Positions 61,868 to 64,000 of a stretch of 64,000 bases of DNA are shown here, piece by piece. The notes under the pieces were generated by a model. That model was not told the DNA's origin. It searched no databases and saw only the letters and a list, made by a program, of their open reading frames with translations. The stretch covers positions 96,659 to 160,658 of the forward strand of contig JBCNUW010000001.1 of assembly GCA_039630575.1 (NCBI GenBank). Direction: 5' to 3'. Positions within the stretch are counted from its first letter, which is position 1. The number at the start of each line of letters is the position of its first letter. A program made the position numbers and the translations under genes. The stretch is from Candidatus Hydrothermales bacterium (GTDB taxonomy: Bacteria > Hydrothermota > Hydrothermia > Hydrothermales > JAJRUZ01).

Positions 61868-63026
61868 TTTTAAGAACTTTAGTAACTATTATAAAAGATA
61901 TAAAACCGGGAATAATGATTATTCCCCACATTAAAACTGGAATTTTAATAAAAAAATCAAGAATAATTCCACCATAAAAAGGAGCACTTGCCCAACCAAG
62001 ACCTTCAGCGAGACCTAAAAAACCTAGATAAAGATTTTCTTTTCCTTTTTTAGCATAAATTGTTCCAAAGGTTGTTACAATTGGTAAACTTAACATTTCA
62101 CCGGCAGTAAATATAAAAACACATAATGCAAAAAAATAAAAATTTGAAGCAAAAGAAAATAAAAAGTAGCCCAAAATATAGAGTAAAATTCCAAAAATTA
62201 AAGAATTTTTGAAACCTATACTTTCGGATAATTTTGTAAAAAAAATTTGAAGAATAACAACAGAAGCCCCATTTATTGTAAACAAATAACCTATAAGTGT
62301 ATTTGAGAGCCCTTTTTCCTTTGCATAAACTGATAGGGTTGAAATCATCTGCCCTGCTAATGAAAAAAGGAGAAAAATAGAAATAATATAGTAGAAGAAG
62401 ATTTTATCATCCAAAATACTTTTTATCTCTAATAAAAAATTTTTATTAGATAAAACTTCCCCTTTGGGACATTTCACCCCAAACTGAATTAAAGGTAAAA
62501 CAATAAAGGTAAGTAAAGAAGATACAGTAAAAAGTAAAGTATATGAAAAAGAAGCCAAATATCCTCCTATTGCAGGACCAATTGCAAAACCAAGATTAGT
62601 CCCTACTCTTATTATTCCATAAGATGAGGGTCTTTCCTTTTCAGGTAAATAAATTCCTACATATGAGTCTGATCCAAGAGCAAAAAGAGAAAAACCTAAA
62701 GAATTAAGAACAAATCCAAACAGAAATAAAACAGGAGTAACGTTAAATATAATGAAAATAGTAAAAAATAGAAAAGCAAAAAATCTTGACAGAAGACCAA
62801 GAACCATAAGATTTTTACAGCCCAACCTGTCTCCTATGTATCCTGAAGGAACTCTTGAAAAAGCACCTAAAAGAGAACTTAGCCCAACCATAAAACCTAT
62901 TACTTTCATAGGAATTTCCCTTTCACTATAAAGGTATATATTCAAAAAAGGAATAGATACTGAAAATGAAGCAGCAGTGAATGCTCTAGCAATGGAGATA
63001 AAAATCACCTCTCTTTTATTTGACAT
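61848..63026 (-). CDS. MFS transporter
   Basis: GYIGDRLG motif A, NLGFAIGPAIGG, about 12 TM segments. Confidence 0.88.
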   Translation of the reverse strand: MSNKREVIFISIARAFTAASFSVSIPFLNIYLYSEREIPMKVIGFMVGLSSLLGAFSRVPSGYIGDRLGCKNLMVLGLLSRFFAFLFFTIFIIFNVTPVLFLFGFVLNSLGFSLFALGSDSYVGIYLPEKERPSSYGIIRVGTNLGFAIGPAIGGYLASFSYTLLFTVSSLLTFIVLPLIQFGVKCPKGEVLSNKNFLLEIKSILDDKIFFYYIISIFLLFSLAGQMISTLSVYAKEKGLSNTLIGYLFTINGASVVILQIFFTKLSESIGFKNSLIFGILLYILGYFLFSFASNFYFFALCVFIFTAGEMLSLPIVTTFGTIYAKKGKENLYLGFLGLAEGLGWASAPFYGGIILDFFIKIPVLMWGIIIIPGFISFIIVTKVLKNEKVAK

Positions 63027-63067
63027 TTTAAATTTTAGGGGTTATATTAAAATAAGGGAGGTAAAAT

Positions 63068-64000
63068 ATGTTAGCCATCCTAATTATAAGTTTACACTAT
63101 CTTGCAAGTATTGGTTATAAGGGATTAGGAGTTGATTTTTCAATAGTTAATGAGGAAATATGGGTGAGTTTTCCAATAGAGAACAAAGTTTTAAACTATT
63201 CTACATTTCAAGAGTTTTCTATAAATGAACCAACAGTAATTCTTTACAAAAAGCCATTTACTTATGTAGTAAGTAATTTGGAAGATAAACTTTATACTTT
63301 TGAAAACAATTCTCTTTACTACAGTATAAACATACCAGAAGGTGACTATGTATCAGGCTGTCTACATGAGAATCAAATTTATCTTTTAAGTAGAACTCCA
63401 GCAAATATAGTAAAAATAAATGAAAATTTTGTTTTCACAGTTATGCAAGTTCCTTCCTATAAACCAATTGATTTTAAACCCTTTAAGAATGAGTTTTATA
63501 TTCTTGATAGAAAGGCTTCAGCACCAAGTTTAAGAATTTTAAAAATAAATGAAGAGGGTACCATAGTTGGCACACTACTCGACTTACCGGGAGTCTTAGG
63601 GGGAGGTTTTGAAATTGCGGAAATAAATGGAAATAAAATTTTACTTTTAACAAATGCATTGATGGGTAGAATTTATATTTACTTTTTAGATCCATTAATA
63701 AAAATAGATTCATTTGGAAGCTATGGTGATTCAATTTTTGAATTTAAGACACCAACAAAAATCAAGTATATAAATCAAAAAATTTATATTTTAAACCAAA
63801 GAAATTCAAGAATTGATATATATACTTTTGACAATTTTTATACACCAGAAATAATAGTTTTAAAAGAAAATCCATTTGATAACATAAAGGTATCTAAGGA
63901 AGAAATTTTTTTTGATTTAAAGTTACCTGAGGGAAATTATGATCTTAACATATTCTCTATTGATGGAAGAAAAATTTTAGAATTAGACAATTTTATTACA
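63068..64000 (+). CDS. Exported beta-propeller (NHL-like) protein, partial; possible C-terminal sorting/FlgD-like domain
   Basis: Not in the ORF track because it runs off the window end. GGGAGG RBS, MLAILIISLHY..., SFGSYGDSIFEFKTPTKI..IYILNQRNSRIDIY, LNIFSIDGRKI. Confidence 0.65.
   Translation, partial: MLAILIISLHYLASIGYKGLGVDFSIVNEEIWVSFPIENKVLNYSTFQEFSINEPTVILYKKPFTYVVSNLEDKLYTFENNSLYYSINIPEGDYVSGCLHENQIYLLSRTPANIVKINENFVFTVMQVPSYKPIDFKPFKNEFYILDRKASAPSLRILKINEEGTIVGTLLDLPGVLGGGFEIAEINGNKILLLTNALMGRIYIYFLDPLIKIDSFGSYGDSIFEFKTPTKIKYINQKIYILNQRNSRIDIYTFDNFYTPEIIVLKENPFDNIKVSKEEIFFDLKLPEGNYDLNIFSIDGRKILELDNFIT

Overview
An AT-rich, densely coded bacterial chromosome segment from a diderm organism (OmpA, TonB, beta-barrels, lipoproteins). 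Composition and gene style suggest a thermophile, possibly WOR-3-like; this is inference only. Housekeeping content: phoR end with pstCAB-phoU, ccmF, trxB, tsaD, recF-dciA-gyrB, pyrR, aspS, ribD, ppdK, rtcB, thiD, PBP1A, htrA, tal and MFS transporters. Three things stand out. (1) At 54.4-59.9 kb there is a 6-gene multiheme cluster: an OmcE-like tetraheme protein, a beta-barrel, 11-, 8- and 7-heme cytochromes and an NHL propeller. It looks like a cytochrome-nanowire system, and a sigma54 pilin/xap-like locus and ccmF lie in the same window. (2) At 8.0-13.8 kb a three-gene operon appears to split class III adenylyl cyclase catalytic residues between two proteins (C1-like and C2-like/STAND), with a HEAT protein between them. 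(3) A tRNA T-arm-like element (GGTTCAANTCC) sits in the 5' leader of five unrelated genes, while many other genes look leaderless. I saw no rRNA, tRNA, CRISPR array or mobile element. All family calls are motif recognition by eye; no searches were run.
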